A stretch of 64,000 nt of DNA, taken from positions 11,109-75,108 of IMG/VR virus record IMGVR_UViG_3300032315_001657; one strand, written 5' to 3'. This DNA comes from a virus. The notes beneath the pieces were generated by a model. The model was not told the DNA's origin. It saw nothing but the letters and a program-made list of their open reading frames with translations, and made no database searches. The translations under genes were made by a program, and so were the position numbers. This document shows positions 8,822 through 17,421 of this stretch, one piece after another; position 1 is the first letter of the stretch; each line of letters starts with the position of its first letter.

Positions 8822-8854
8822 AGACCCGGCCCTAAAAAGCCGGGTTTTCTTTTT
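8822..8854 (+). terminator. Rho-independent terminator upstream of the tRNA array
   Basis: ACCCGGC-CCTAAAAA-GCCGGGT followed by TTTCTTTTT. Confidence 0.75.
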
Positions 8855-8888
8855 GATCTTTGATAGCTTTAATCTTAAATAATTTTTC

Positions 8889-8970
8889 GGGTAGATCGCA
8901 TAGTGGCAATTGCCGGAGACTGTAAATCTCCTCTCATTAGAGTTCGTAGGTTCGAGTCCTACTCTACCCA
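8889..8970 (+). tRNA. tRNA-Tyr(GTA)
   Basis: GGAGA-CTGTAAA-TCTCC anticodon arm, long variable arm, GGGTAGA/TCTACCC acceptor. Confidence 0.95.
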
Positions 8971-8983
8971 TATTTTAATAATT

Positions 8984-9054
8984 TGGCTCGTAGTGTAATG
9001 GTAACACCAGAGAATTTGGATCTCTTAATCATAGTTCGAGTCTATGCGAGCCAG
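8984..9054 (+). tRNA. tRNA-Gln(TTG)
   Basis: TGGCTCG/CGAGCCA acceptor; AGAGA-ATTTGGA-TCTCT arm. Confidence 0.9.
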
Positions 9055-9061
9055 TTTTTAG

Positions 9062-9090
9062 TTGCACAATTTAAAAGATTCCGACATAAT
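9062..9090 (+). promoter_or_regulatory. Sigma70-type promoter
   Basis: TTGCAC-17 nt-CATAAT, ATG 7 nt downstream. Confidence 0.55.
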
Positions 9091-9097
9091 AACAACA

Positions 9098-9271
9098 ATG
9101 AAGCTTTTAAAGCAGCCCTGGGAAAAATATGGCATAACCGAAATGGCATATTTAATGGCTTACACACAGGGATACCAAGGGGCATTTAGATCTCCTGACA
9201 CCACCTATAAGCATGGTACAGTACTTAGAAAAATTTATAATAAAGGAAGAAGAGAGGCTAAACAATATTAA
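9098..9271 (+). CDS. Hypothetical protein
   Basis: ATG at 9098 right after a promoter (MKLLKQPWEK...). Confidence 0.55.
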   Translation: MKLLKQPWEKYGITEMAYLMAYTQGYQGAFRSPDTTYKHGTVLRKIYNKGRREAKQY

Positions 9272-9438
9272 TGAAATTAGACTTAGACATTTTATATGCT
9301 TTTGTACTCTGCATACTCATAGCTGTTTTTACAATTCAATCGCGAGAAATTAAAATTTTGCAAACTGAAATTAAAGAGCTTAGAATTATTGTTGATCAAA
9401 AATTCTTACCTCCAGTAAATACAGATAAAAATTTGTAA
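9271..9438 (+). CDS. Small single-TM/coiled-coil protein (55 aa)
   Basis: Manual translation MKLDLDILYAFVLCILIAVFTIQSREIKILQTEIKEL...; start overlaps the upstream stop. Confidence 0.5.
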   Translation: MKLDLDILYAFVLCILIAVFTIQSREIKILQTEIKELRIIVDQKFLPPVNTDKNL

Positions 9439-9478
9439 TATGGAAGACTTTGACGGTTTAGGAATTTAATGAATTCTA

Positions 9479-9569
9479 GCTGGGTTAGTGTAATTGGAAG
9501 CACCGACAGTCTTATAAACTGTGTGCCCTAGATGAGGGCCGAGCATGGGTTCAATTCCCATACCCAGCA
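9479..9569 (+). tRNA. tRNA-Ile(TAT) with a long variable arm
   Basis: GCTGGGT/ACCCAGC acceptor; ACAGT-CTTATAA-ACTGT arm; V-arm GCCCT-AGATG-AGGGC; ATGGG-TTCAATT-CCCAT T-arm. Confidence 0.85.
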
Positions 9570-9597
9570 TATTTTTTTTTTGATCTTTTACATTTTA

Positions 9598-9670
9598 GGG
9601 GTGGTAGCTCAATGGTTAGAGCAGTCGGCTCATAATCGATAGGTTGACGGTTCGAATCCGTCCCGCCCCA
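9598..9670 (+). tRNA. tRNA(CAT), most like Ile2 (lysidine type); elongator Met possible
   Basis: GTCGG-CTCATAA-TCGAT arm; paired G1-C72 and no three consecutive G-C pairs, so not an initiator. Confidence 0.85.
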
Positions 9671-9677
9671 CATTTTC

Positions 9678-9749
9678 GGAACGGTAACTCAATGGTAGAG
9701 TAGCGCCCTTTTAAGGCGTAAGTTCTGGGTTCGAGCCCCAGTCGTTCCA
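9678..9749 (+). tRNA. tRNA-Lys(TTT)
   Basis: GCGCC-CTTTTAA-GGCGT arm, canonical cloverleaf. Confidence 0.95.
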
Positions 9750-9768
9750 TATTAAATAGCTCTTTAAT

Positions 9769-9843
9769 ACCTAGGTAGCACAGCGGTAGTGCAGCGCACT
9801 GTTAATGCGCGGGTCGTTGGTTCGAATCCAACCCTAGGTGCCA
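9769..9843 (+). tRNA. tRNA-Asn(GTT)
   Basis: GCGCA-CTGTTAA-TGCGC arm; G73 plus CCA. Confidence 0.95.
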
Positions 9844-9851
9844 TTTTAAAA

Positions 9852-9923
9852 GTCTCGTTCGTTCAAGGGATAGGACCGAAAACTTCTAATTTTCTAATGT
9901 AGGTTCGAGTCCTACACGAGACA
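9852..9923 (+). tRNA. tRNA-Arg(TCT)
   Basis: GAAAA-CTTCTAA-TTTTC arm; GTCTCGT/ACGAGAC acceptor. Confidence 0.92.
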
Positions 9924-9944
9924 TACATTTAAATATACAATAAC

Positions 9945-10016
9945 GTCGCCATCGTCTAACGGTTAGGACACATGGTTTTCATCCATGTAATCGGGGTTCG
10001 ATTCTCCGTGGCGATG
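9945..10016 (+). tRNA. tRNA-Glu(TTC)
   Basis: CATGG-TTTTCAT-CCATG arm; GTCGCCA/TGGCGAT acceptor. Confidence 0.92.
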
Positions 10017-10070
10017 CTTTATATTTTTAGTTGCCGGTCTATTAATCCCCTCTATACTTTTCATAACTCT

Positions 10071-11240
10071 ATGTCTAAAATTCAATTACCTAAAAACATA
10101 GGTCAAGGCAAACCAGCTAAAATTAAGGAAAATGTTCAGTATTTTGATACATCTCATCATGGTTCATTTTTTCCTTTTGGTGTATATTTCACTACTACTC
10201 ATGGAGTAATGCCTTCTACTATTCATATTAACAAAACGTATACAGAAGATTTAATTTTCTTTTTAAGAGAAAAAGGCGAAATCTTTCAAGATCTTGTCTC
10301 TATTCCTGCAACTTCTCCTCGATCCATGACTCTTAGTATGTATCAAGATGACTTTGAAACAGAAGAGCCAGAATATAAAGGTACTTTCCTTTATAAGGAT
10401 TGTGTAATTAATTTTCAAAGAACACCTTCTCGTAAACATAAAAAGTCTGCTGAAACACCACCGCTTTTTACTATCTCAATTTATTATAAACCTGGTACTA
10501 CACCTCCAGTAAAGGATTTTGATAAATTTTTATTTGAAGAAAAACTTAATAGTGTAATTCATACTATTTTTCGAGATGAGCACGGAGGAATTGTTTTTGA
10601 GCCTTTTGAAACTGTTGTACCTGAAGGTTATTCAGTAGAAAAATATTACACTAAAGACTTTCAACCGATTCATAAACATATTGTTGATACTCTTCAAAAA
10701 AATGAATCTGGGTTATACCTCTTTCATGGGGAGCCTGGAACTGGTAAAACAACTTATATTAAATACTTAGCAAGTGTTCTTAAAAGAGATGTAATTTATG
10801 TTCCGGTTGCTTTTATCGACTCTCTAGTTGATCCGTCGTTCTTACCAGCATTGCTTAAAAAGCGTCATTCGGTTCTTGTTATTGAGGATGCTGAAAAAGC
10901 CTTATTAGCTCGAGAGCCAGGCGATTCGTCCTCCCTTGTTTCAGCTATCCTCAATATAACTGATGGTATTATGGGTAATGTGTTTAGTATATCGGTTATA
11001 GCTACTTACAATTCCCCTAGAGCAGGGATTGATAAAGCTTTGCTTCGTAAGGGAAGATTAAAGGGAGAGCATAAATTTGATAAACTTCCCGTAGAACAAG
11101 TTCAAAAAATTCTGGATGATAATAAGATTAATTTTACCGCTAAAGAGCCTATGTCCTTGGCAGAAATATTTAACACCCAAGAGCCCGACTCTTTGAATAC
11201 TAAATCTTTAGTCGAAGAAAAAAGAATGGGCTTTTTTTAA
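10071..11240 (+). CDS. AAA+ ATPase
   Basis: Walker A GEPGTGKT, Walker B LVIEDAE, DKALLRKGRL. Start moved to 10071 because 9972 lies inside tRNA-Glu; promoter TTGCCG-16-TATACT at 10031-10058. Confidence 0.9.
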   Translation: MSKIQLPKNIGQGKPAKIKENVQYFDTSHHGSFFPFGVYFTTTHGVMPSTIHINKTYTEDLIFFLREKGEIFQDLVSIPATSPRSMTLSMYQDDFETEEPEYKGTFLYKDCVINFQRTPSRKHKKSAETPPLFTISIYYKPGTTPPVKDFDKFLFEEKLNSVIHTIFRDEHGGIVFEPFETVVPEGYSVEKYYTKDFQPIHKHIVDTLQKNESGLYLFHGEPGTGKTTYIKYLASVLKRDVIYVPVAFIDSLVDPSFLPALLKKRHSVLVIEDAEKALLAREPGDSSSLVSAILNITDGIMGNVFSISVIATYNSPRAGIDKALLRKGRLKGEHKFDKLPVEQVQKILDDNKINFTAKEPMSLAEIFNTQEPDSLNTKSLVEEKRMGFF

Positions 11241-11286
11241 AAAGTTAGTGGAAAAGCTTAAAACCTCATATATTATTAAACGCGTT

Positions 11287-11526
11287 ATGAAAAACACAAA
11301 CATCACGACAATGAACCTCGAACAGATCGCTGACTTCTACATTCCGGCCAATGCGCCTAAGAATGTTAAGTCCTGCATCGTCGAGAACTACCTCGATACA
11401 ACACGTTACGAGTTTCTCGGTTTCGTTGATCGCTCGAACACCGCTGTTCTTCGCCAACGCTTTCATAGCGTTCGTGATAACAACGGCCGTTTCGCTAAGA
11501 TCCGCGCTACCCGTAGTGCTCGCTAA
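11287..11526 (+). CDS. Small basic hypothetical protein
   Basis: Distinct C-ending codon usage; RDNNGRF motif; followed by a terminator. Confidence 0.65.
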   Translation: MKNTNITTMNLEQIADFYIPANAPKNVKSCIVENYLDTTRYEFLGFVDRSNTAVLRQRFHSVRDNNGRFAKIRATRSAR

Positions 11527-11544
11527 GTTGTTGTAGCGTTACAC

Positions 11545-11589
11545 GAACCCGGCTTTGAGCTTGACTTAAGGCCGGGTTCCTTTTATACT
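11545..11589 (+). terminator. Terminator hairpin overlapping a sigma70 promoter
   Basis: GAACCCGGC...GCCGGGTTC-CTTTT; TTGACT(11561)-17-TATACT(11584). Confidence 0.7.
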
Positions 11590-11595
11590 AACAGT

Positions 11596-11886
11596 ATGAA
11601 AAAATTAGAAAAAACGTTTGTTAAAAAAGGATTTAAATATACCCAAGTTGAACGTAAGGGAGAGTTTGCTATCTACAAACAAGAAAGCGCTAAAATAAAA
11701 GACTCGAAGGCTAACTACGAAGTAGTGCAAATTAAGTCTCATAACGGCTATGAGATCGGTGGCTCAAAAATTGCCGCAGCTGAAGTCTACCCCGGCTCTA
11801 CTCAATGGGGCATTCTTGGATGGACTCATCTTGATCTCCCATCTGCTGAAAAAAGATTTAAAAAGCTTATTCGAGGATCGAACTAA
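11596..11886 (+). CDS. Hypothetical phage protein
   Basis: 96 aa ORF with YEVV...EVYPGSTQWG. Confidence 0.65.
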   Translation: MKKLEKTFVKKGFKYTQVERKGEFAIYKQESAKIKDSKANYEVVQIKSHNGYEIGGSKIAAAEVYPGSTQWGILGWTHLDLPSAEKRFKKLIRGSN

Positions 11887-12046
11887 CTAGGTCTTCAAAA
11901 GATTCTTTTTTAAGAAACTTTTTAATTTCTTTTTTAGGCATTTCTTTAGCTACTTTTTTAGCAGCACCTTTAACACCCTTTTGACCCTCTTTGGCTCCCA
12001 TTACGGCACCAAAAAATTTACGCTGTTTTTCTGACTTTGCTGGCAT
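11867..12046 (-). CDS. DUF3008-like small basic protein (59 aa)
   Basis: Manual translation MPAKSEKQRKFFGAVMGAKEGQKGVKGAAKKVAKEMPKKEIKKF...; not in the ORF track. Confidence 0.65.
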   Translation of the reverse strand: MPAKSEKQRKFFGAVMGAKEGQKGVKGAAKKVAKEMPKKEIKKFLKKESFEDLVSSILE

Positions 12047-12075
12047 ATTATGATTAATTAAGCAATATATTACTA

Positions 12076-12630
12076 ATGGCCGCTAAAAAACAAACACGTC
12101 AAAAAAGAGTGGATCTAGTCTGTATACTGACTGGTGAAATAATACCTAAGCAGCCAAGAGCGCGGGTTGAGAAACAGGCCAAGAAACTTAAATTTGATGA
12201 TGTTGAAGATTACATCAATTATTTTATAAGCAGGGATGCTCGTAAATTATTATCGAAAGGTAATTCAGAATTAGAAATTCGTAAACAGTTTAATTGTAAA
12301 GAAACAAAGTCAATACCTTTCCCTATACTGAAGTGTTACGTTAAGAAATTTAAATCGAAGGACGCTGTAGATAGAAAGCGACAAAAGAAGGTCGCAGAAG
12401 AGTACAAACAAAAGCCTATTGTAATGCAATGGAAAGGTTCTGAGCCTATTAGTATGCTCAAGAACAAAGAAATGTGCGAACAGGTAACTCAGTTTGCTTG
12501 TTGGAGGCCGGACATATATCTTGATTTAGGATGTGAGGCCTGTATACTTAAAGACAATTGCGCCTGTCCTATTAAAAATCTCAAGCGGAAACCTAATGAT
12601 AGAAGAGTTAAAAAAGCTAAAAGTATTTGA
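12076..12630 (+). CDS. Hypothetical basic protein with a C-terminal Cys cluster
   Basis: CWRPDIYLDLGCEACILKDNCAC. Confidence 0.65.
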   Translation: MAAKKQTRQKRVDLVCILTGEIIPKQPRARVEKQAKKLKFDDVEDYINYFISRDARKLLSKGNSELEIRKQFNCKETKSIPFPILKCYVKKFKSKDAVDRKRQKKVAEEYKQKPIVMQWKGSEPISMLKNKEMCEQVTQFACWRPDIYLDLGCEACILKDNCACPIKNLKRKPNDRRVKKAKSI

Positions 12631-13399
12631 TCGAATCACTTATTTCGATAAAGACCATACATATAAAATTGATGGTCAGCCTAGCGCAAGAGTTTCAGTA
12701 ACTGGTCTTGTTGGGTCTGTTAAAGAGAAGTTTGACGAAAATAAATGGTCAGCAATTAAGGCTAAGGAGCATGGTATTACACCAGAAGAGATGAGACTTG
12801 TCTGGAAAAAAAATAACCAGATGTCTACCTACCAAGGTTCTACTCTTCATAACTACATTGACAATTATTATCAGAATAAAGTAGTTCCGTACAACCGCAA
12901 TCTTGCTGAAGCTATTTTAGGGCAAACCTTGCATGAAATGATGCAAAAAAATCTTGTAGTCCTTGTTAAGCAGTTTAATAATTTTTACAATACTACAAAA
13001 GATTATATTCTACCTATTAAGAACGAATTTGTGGTTGGAGATCTATCAAATACAAAAGTATGCGGTATGCTGGATATGCTCGCATACAATACTGAAACAA
13101 ATGCATTTGAAATTTACGACTTTAAAACTAATAAACGTTTTAGTTTAGAGTCAGAATACGAAAAAAAGCTCCTACCCCCTGTAGAGCATCTCGACGAATG
13201 TGAATTTAGTTCTTATAGCTTACAGCTATCTTTGTACAAAATATTCATAGAAAAGTATACTAGTATTAAGATCGGGGATATTAAAGTTATTTGGTTCTCG
13301 GTTAACAACGAAGACTATAAAATAGTGCCTTTGAAGTTTATGCCTGATGAATGTGCGGCAATAATGGAAAAGTTCCTAATTGAGCAGCGCGTTTTATAA
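12596..13399 (+). CDS. PD-(D/E)XK exonuclease (RecB/Cas4-like fold)
   Basis: SVTGLV, GSTLHNY, CGMLDML, IYDFKTN, YSLQLSLY. Confidence 0.85.
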   Translation: MIEELKKLKVFDRITYFDKDHTYKIDGQPSARVSVTGLVGSVKEKFDENKWSAIKAKEHGITPEEMRLVWKKNNQMSTYQGSTLHNYIDNYYQNKVVPYNRNLAEAILGQTLHEMMQKNLVVLVKQFNNFYNTTKDYILPIKNEFVVGDLSNTKVCGMLDMLAYNTETNAFEIYDFKTNKRFSLESEYEKKLLPPVEHLDECEFSSYSLQLSLYKIFIEKYTSIKIGDIKVIWFSVNNEDYKIVPLKFMPDECAAIMEKFLIEQRVL

Positions 13400-13750
13400 T
13401 AGGCGGCTAAATAAAAGGTATACTGCTAAAGTTACAAGAAACACCACTGGGATATACAAAGCTGTTAAGAATAGACAAGCCCCTAAAATACTTAGCCATA
13501 GAGCTAAACAGAGCGGGCAAGTGATTAACTCTATTAAAAACATACAAGCATTACAATTAAAAAGTAAGTTACGCTTAACATAGAGATATTGAGGAAAAGT
13601 TAAACCGTCTGTATTAGTGTCATAACCAGCTAGTAGTTTTTTTAAACCTAATACCTTACAATACGCTGGAAAAGCTCCAGAATTAAACCAAACTATCATA
13701 ATAGTTACTAATAAAGCTATTACTTTAAGAAAAACTATTAAATCTACCAT
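13394..13750 (-). CDS. Membrane protein, DUF1360-like
   Basis: Hydrophobic segments and ELITCPLCLALW. Confidence 0.55.
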   Translation of the reverse strand: MVDLIVFLKVIALLVTIMIVWFNSGAFPAYCKVLGLKKLLAGYDTNTDGLTFPQYLYVKRNLLFNCNACMFLIELITCPLCLALWLSILGACLFLTALYIPVVFLVTLAVYLLFSRLL

Positions 13751-13770
13751 AAATATACTTATAAAGATAT

Positions 13771-14214
13771 ATGAAATTTGACACCCTTTACAGAAACGTA
13801 TTTATCACTGAACAAGATGATTTATCTGTTCCTACTGATGAGCCCATGGATGGAGATATGACTGGAGAAGAGCCAGCACCAGAGCCTGCTGCTGACGGAG
13901 TGCCAATGCCTGATAATTTTGATGTAGACCCTGCGCCTGTAGCTTCACCAGCTGGCGATGCCGGAACTGTTAAGAATCATGTTATGAAGCTCGATCAATT
14001 TGCTGATGAATTGAACGGTATTGATACAGGTTCCCTTCAACAAATGGTAACAGACCTTGACAAACAAGGTTCATTATTTCAAGGAATTTCTCGAGAAACA
14101 TCTTCAAAGATTATTAAACTCGCAGAACAAGCTAGAGAGTTATCAGAAATCTTTAAAGGTTTTATTATTAATTCAGCTAAACGTCAAAGAGATATTGCTG
14201 CCGGCCAAGGTTAA
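13771..14214 (+). CDS. Acidic hypothetical protein (possible head/core protein)
   Basis: MKFDTLYRNVFITE N-terminus, D/E/P-rich linker. Confidence 0.6.
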   Translation: MKFDTLYRNVFITEQDDLSVPTDEPMDGDMTGEEPAPEPAADGVPMPDNFDVDPAPVASPAGDAGTVKNHVMKLDQFADELNGIDTGSLQQMVTDLDKQGSLFQGISRETSSKIIKLAEQARELSEIFKGFIINSAKRQRDIAAGQG

Positions 14215-14228
14215 TATATAATATAGAG

Positions 14229-15233
14229 GTGGAAGGACTACCTCAAGATTATGTTATACAGGCTCTTTACTCTCACTGTAAAAGACCTGTATACAAAAAG
14301 TATCAAAGAGTTTACAACGCAGAGTGCTGTGTTTGCGGGGAAGGTCATTCTGCTGGTCGTAAGCGTCGTTTATTTTATTTTCCAGACGATCGGTATTTTT
14401 ATTGTTTTAATTGTAGTAGGTCTTGGTCTGAGCTTAATTGGATTCATGAGATTTCTAAAAAACCTGTTCATGAAATTTTAAAAGAAACTAAAATGTTTCA
14501 TAGCAGTAAAGAGATTCAGACTAAAATTGCTAAACAAAACGAAGTCGTAAAAGTAGTTGATGTACCCGCGCTTCCTGATGACGCAATTGATATATTTGAT
14601 AGCAATCAGGTAGCCTTTCATAAAGAAGAAAAACTCGTTAAGAGTTCTATTGAATATGCCCAAAAAAGAAGACTCTTCACTGCTGTAAATAGACCGAAAT
14701 CTCTTTATGTATCTTTAAGGGATAAAGTGCATAAAAATCGACTTATTATACCCTTTTATGGGGAGTTAGGTAAAGTGGAGTCCTACCAGTCTCGGAGTTT
14801 AGATGGGGATGTATATCCGAAATATCTAACAAAGTACGGAGAGAAGAGTCTTTACGGTGAAAACAATATAGATAATGATATTCCTTATATCTTTATCTTT
14901 GAGGGTCCAATTGATGCTATGTTTGTTAAGAACGCTGTAGCTGTTGGCGGTGCTTCAATGACTGATAAACAAGAAGCCTTTATTAAGAAATGCGTCGATA
15001 AAGAAATTATCTACGTTTACGATAATGATAAGAACAATAAAGAGATGTCTAAGAAGATTAAGAATCTTATTAAACAAAATAAAAAACTTTTTGTATGGCC
15101 TAAAGAGTTTAAGAAGTTTAAAGATGTGAACGAGATTTGTTGTAACCTTTGCTTAGACGAATTACCTTACAAATTTATTGTACAGAACTCCTATTCGGGA
15201 GTAGAAGCCTTAATGAAACAAAAGTCTACTTAA
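14229..15233 (+). CDS. DNA primase (T4 gp61-like)
   Basis: Zn finger CCVCG...YCFNC, RLIIPF, KYLT, TOPRIM FEGPIDAMF and YDND. Confidence 0.92.
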   Translation: MEGLPQDYVIQALYSHCKRPVYKKYQRVYNAECCVCGEGHSAGRKRRLFYFPDDRYFYCFNCSRSWSELNWIHEISKKPVHEILKETKMFHSSKEIQTKIAKQNEVVKVVDVPALPDDAIDIFDSNQVAFHKEEKLVKSSIEYAQKRRLFTAVNRPKSLYVSLRDKVHKNRLIIPFYGELGKVESYQSRSLDGDVYPKYLTKYGEKSLYGENNIDNDIPYIFIFEGPIDAMFVKNAVAVGGASMTDKQEAFIKKCVDKEIIYVYDNDKNNKEMSKKIKNLIKQNKKLFVWPKEFKKFKDVNEICCNLCLDELPYKFIVQNSYSGVEALMKQKST

Positions 15234-15465
15234 GATTGCTTACACAGAAGTTAACAGCTTTTAAAAACTTATCTTTATAATTACGGATAGGTTTAACTTC
15301 TATATCTGTCTCTGCTTCTTCAATCATTTGAAGTCTTGAAAACTCCTCTTTAAGAGACTTTAAAAATTTTTCAGAGAACTGAATTTGTTTCGGGTAACGA
15401 ACCCTTGTAACAAACTTCATAGTTCTCGGAAAAAAACTTTCGCAAAGCTGATCAAACTTATTCAT
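15226..15465 (-). CDS. Hypothetical protein
   Basis: 79 aa ORF, tightly packed. Confidence 0.55.
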   Translation of the reverse strand: MNKFDQLCESFFPRTMKFVTRVRYPKQIQFSEKFLKSLKEEFSRLQMIEEAETDIEVKPIRNYKDKFLKAVNFCVSNLK

Positions 15466-15466
15466 A

Positions 15467-15997
15467 TTAACCGTAAAGTTTAGCGCCGCCGAATGCTGCT
15501 AATGCACCTAAAGCTTGAGTTGCATAATCTAAACGACTTTTACCTGGTTCTTTTCCGAGAGCATTAGCTACTAGCCCGTTTGTTACTTCCCATTGTTTTT
15601 TATTTGTATATTTAACAATAACATCTCTTTCTTGAGCGCCGTTTTTCTCCACACTTTTATTATTAAGAAAATCCCGTAAGTTTTTCGCTGGTTTCGGTGA
15701 AGCACTTTCCCATAAGTTTTTTAAAACATCTAAAATTAAAATATTTTTTCCTACTGCACGGGCATCTTGACCTGCAATATAACCTTTAGTAACAATAGGG
15801 AATATTCTATTAATATCAGATTCTGTAACTTCCCCTAAACCGAGCTCTTTATGTTTTGCTAAAATATCTTTTAACCAATCTTGAGAATTCTGTTGTAATG
15901 CTGGTGACGGTAGAGGTGGTGCACCTGCAGGTGTAGCGACCGGTGTTGGTTTAGGCTGCTCTAAAACTAAATGTACTGTTTTTTCAAAATTAAACAT
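15467..15997 (-). CDS. Hypothetical late protein
   Basis: TAAATA upstream (16012-16017, minus strand); Pro-rich linker. Confidence 0.6.
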   Translation of the reverse strand: MFNFEKTVHLVLEQPKPTPVATPAGAPPLPSPALQQNSQDWLKDILAKHKELGLGEVTESDINRIFPIVTKGYIAGQDARAVGKNILILDVLKNLWESASPKPAKNLRDFLNNKSVEKNGAQERDVIVKYTNKKQWEVTNGLVANALGKEPGKSRLDYATQALGALAAFGGAKLYG

Positions 15998-16024
15998 AGT
16001 GATAGTATTATTATTTAATACAAA

Positions 16025-16657
16025 TCACATATTAGCTAGCAGAGAACCATCTTCTTCATGAAAGAACTTACCGGAAGGTTTAATATACATAGGTATCTGT
16101 TCAATACGTAGATCTGGAGGACCTTCAAGTGTAATAACAGCAGGACAATCTTCTCTTGGAAAGAAAATACCTTGATTCTTTTCATACGTACCGACAACAG
16201 CTCTAAAAAGATTGTCAATTTCTTGTCGATAAATAGGATCTAAAGCTCGGCCTTTTTTAGGTACTATTGTTATTTCCTCTCTTAACGGTATATAAAATAT
16301 AATATCAAACATTTTTATGGCTTGAAAAGCAATATGCTTAGTATCCATAATAAACTCATCAGATACTTTGCCCTTTTCATTAAGCCAAAGGGAATAAACA
16401 ATGTTATCTATAACACAGCGATCAAATACTAAAAAGTCATCTCCTTTTGCAGTAGCATTTTGAGTATCATCTATAATTGCATTTAAAATAGCTTTTTGAG
16501 AATCAGCTGTACCCTCTTCGTTATTAGTTACCTTACCAGTCTTAATAAGTTTACGATAAGTCGACTTAACCTCTTTGTACATAGGCCATCTTTTAATAAA
16601 TTCTTTAATTAGTGTACTCTTTCCGTTACACTGTGTACCCATAAATGCAATTTTCAT
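16025..16657 (-). CDS. P-loop nucleotide kinase (AAA_28 / dNMP-kinase-like)
   Basis: GTQCNGKST and FDRCVID. Confidence 0.75.
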   Translation of the reverse strand: MKIAFMGTQCNGKSTLIKEFIKRWPMYKEVKSTYRKLIKTGKVTNNEEGTADSQKAILNAIIDDTQNATAKGDDFLVFDRCVIDNIVYSLWLNEKGKVSDEFIMDTKHIAFQAIKMFDIIFYIPLREEITIVPKKGRALDPIYRQEIDNLFRAVVGTYEKNQGIFFPREDCPAVITLEGPPDLRIEQIPMYIKPSGKFFHEEDGSLLANM

Positions 16658-16659
16658 AA

Positions 16660-17418
16660 TTATACCTTAAGGGCTTTATCCCAGATTACCAACTGTAATC
16701 TTGGAGAAAAGTTTACATGCATAGCTTTAGCATATTCTGCTACAGCAGTACTTTTTTCAACGTGCTCTTCTCGAGAACCACAGCAGGGCATAAACCAAAT
16801 ACGGAATAAAGGTACGTTAATACCTAAATCATCATAAACATACTTACGCCAAATTTCTTCAATATCTTTATCAGAATTAATAACAAATTTAAACCCTGAA
16901 CCATTTGTAACATGCCATTTCAACACTTCAGGTTTATAAGTTTTCTCCTCCGGATCTCCGTTTGAAATAAGCTTAGGAGAGGTAGTAAAGGTTGCTTTAA
17001 ACTCTTGCCGCCAACGAGGAGAGGGGGTTAAAGTAGCATTAGTTTCAAAGTCGATACGAGGTATAAAATGATACCTGTCTCTAAAAGCTTCAATAAACTT
17101 TAGCAATTGCTTTTCCTGAATAAAGGGCTCTCCACCTGTAAGTTTAAGAATAGCATTATGGCGAAGATGTTCAATATAGTTATTATTCTCCATTAACTCA
17201 AAGACCTCAGTAAAGGTCTTTTTATTCTTTACCGACCAAGATACAAATGAGTCACAACCATTAGGTGAATCCTCTGATGCAAAGCCAATACAAGTTAAAT
17301 TACACATAGACATCCGCATAAAAACAGATGGCTGACCAATATATTCCCCTTCACCTTCAATGGTATAAAATACCAAATCGTCAGATAGAAATAATGTTTC
17401 TTTATCGTTATCAATCAT
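16660..17418 (-). CDS. queE: 7-carboxy-7-deazaguanine synthase (radical SAM)
   Basis: FYTIEGEG, PSVFMR..CNLTC...CDS, LTGGEP, ETN, SPK, FSPRLQ; near queD. Confidence 0.9.
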   Translation of the reverse strand: MIDNDKETLFLSDDLVFYTIEGEGEYIGQPSVFMRMSMCNLTCIGFASEDSPNGCDSFVSWSVKNKKTFTEVFELMENNNYIEHLRHNAILKLTGGEPFIQEKQLLKFIEAFRDRYHFIPRIDFETNATLTPSPRWRQEFKATFTTSPKLISNGDPEEKTYKPEVLKWHVTNGSGFKFVINSDKDIEEIWRKYVYDDLGINVPLFRIWFMPCCGSREEHVEKSTAVAEYAKAMHVNFSPRLQLVIWDKALKV

Positions 17419-17421
17419 AAA

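Noticed and set aside
8789-9189. ORFs 8789-8971(-) and 8983-9189(+)
   Set aside because: These are shadows of tRNA-Tyr and tRNA-Gln.
9972-10070. N-terminal extension of the AAA ATPase in the ORF track
   Set aside because: It overlaps tRNA-Glu; a promoter and ATG at 10071 give a better start.
12596-13399. Cas4 / CRISPR system
   Set aside because: PD-(D/E)XK nuclease only; no four-Cys Fe-S pattern, no other cas genes and no repeat-spacer array seen.
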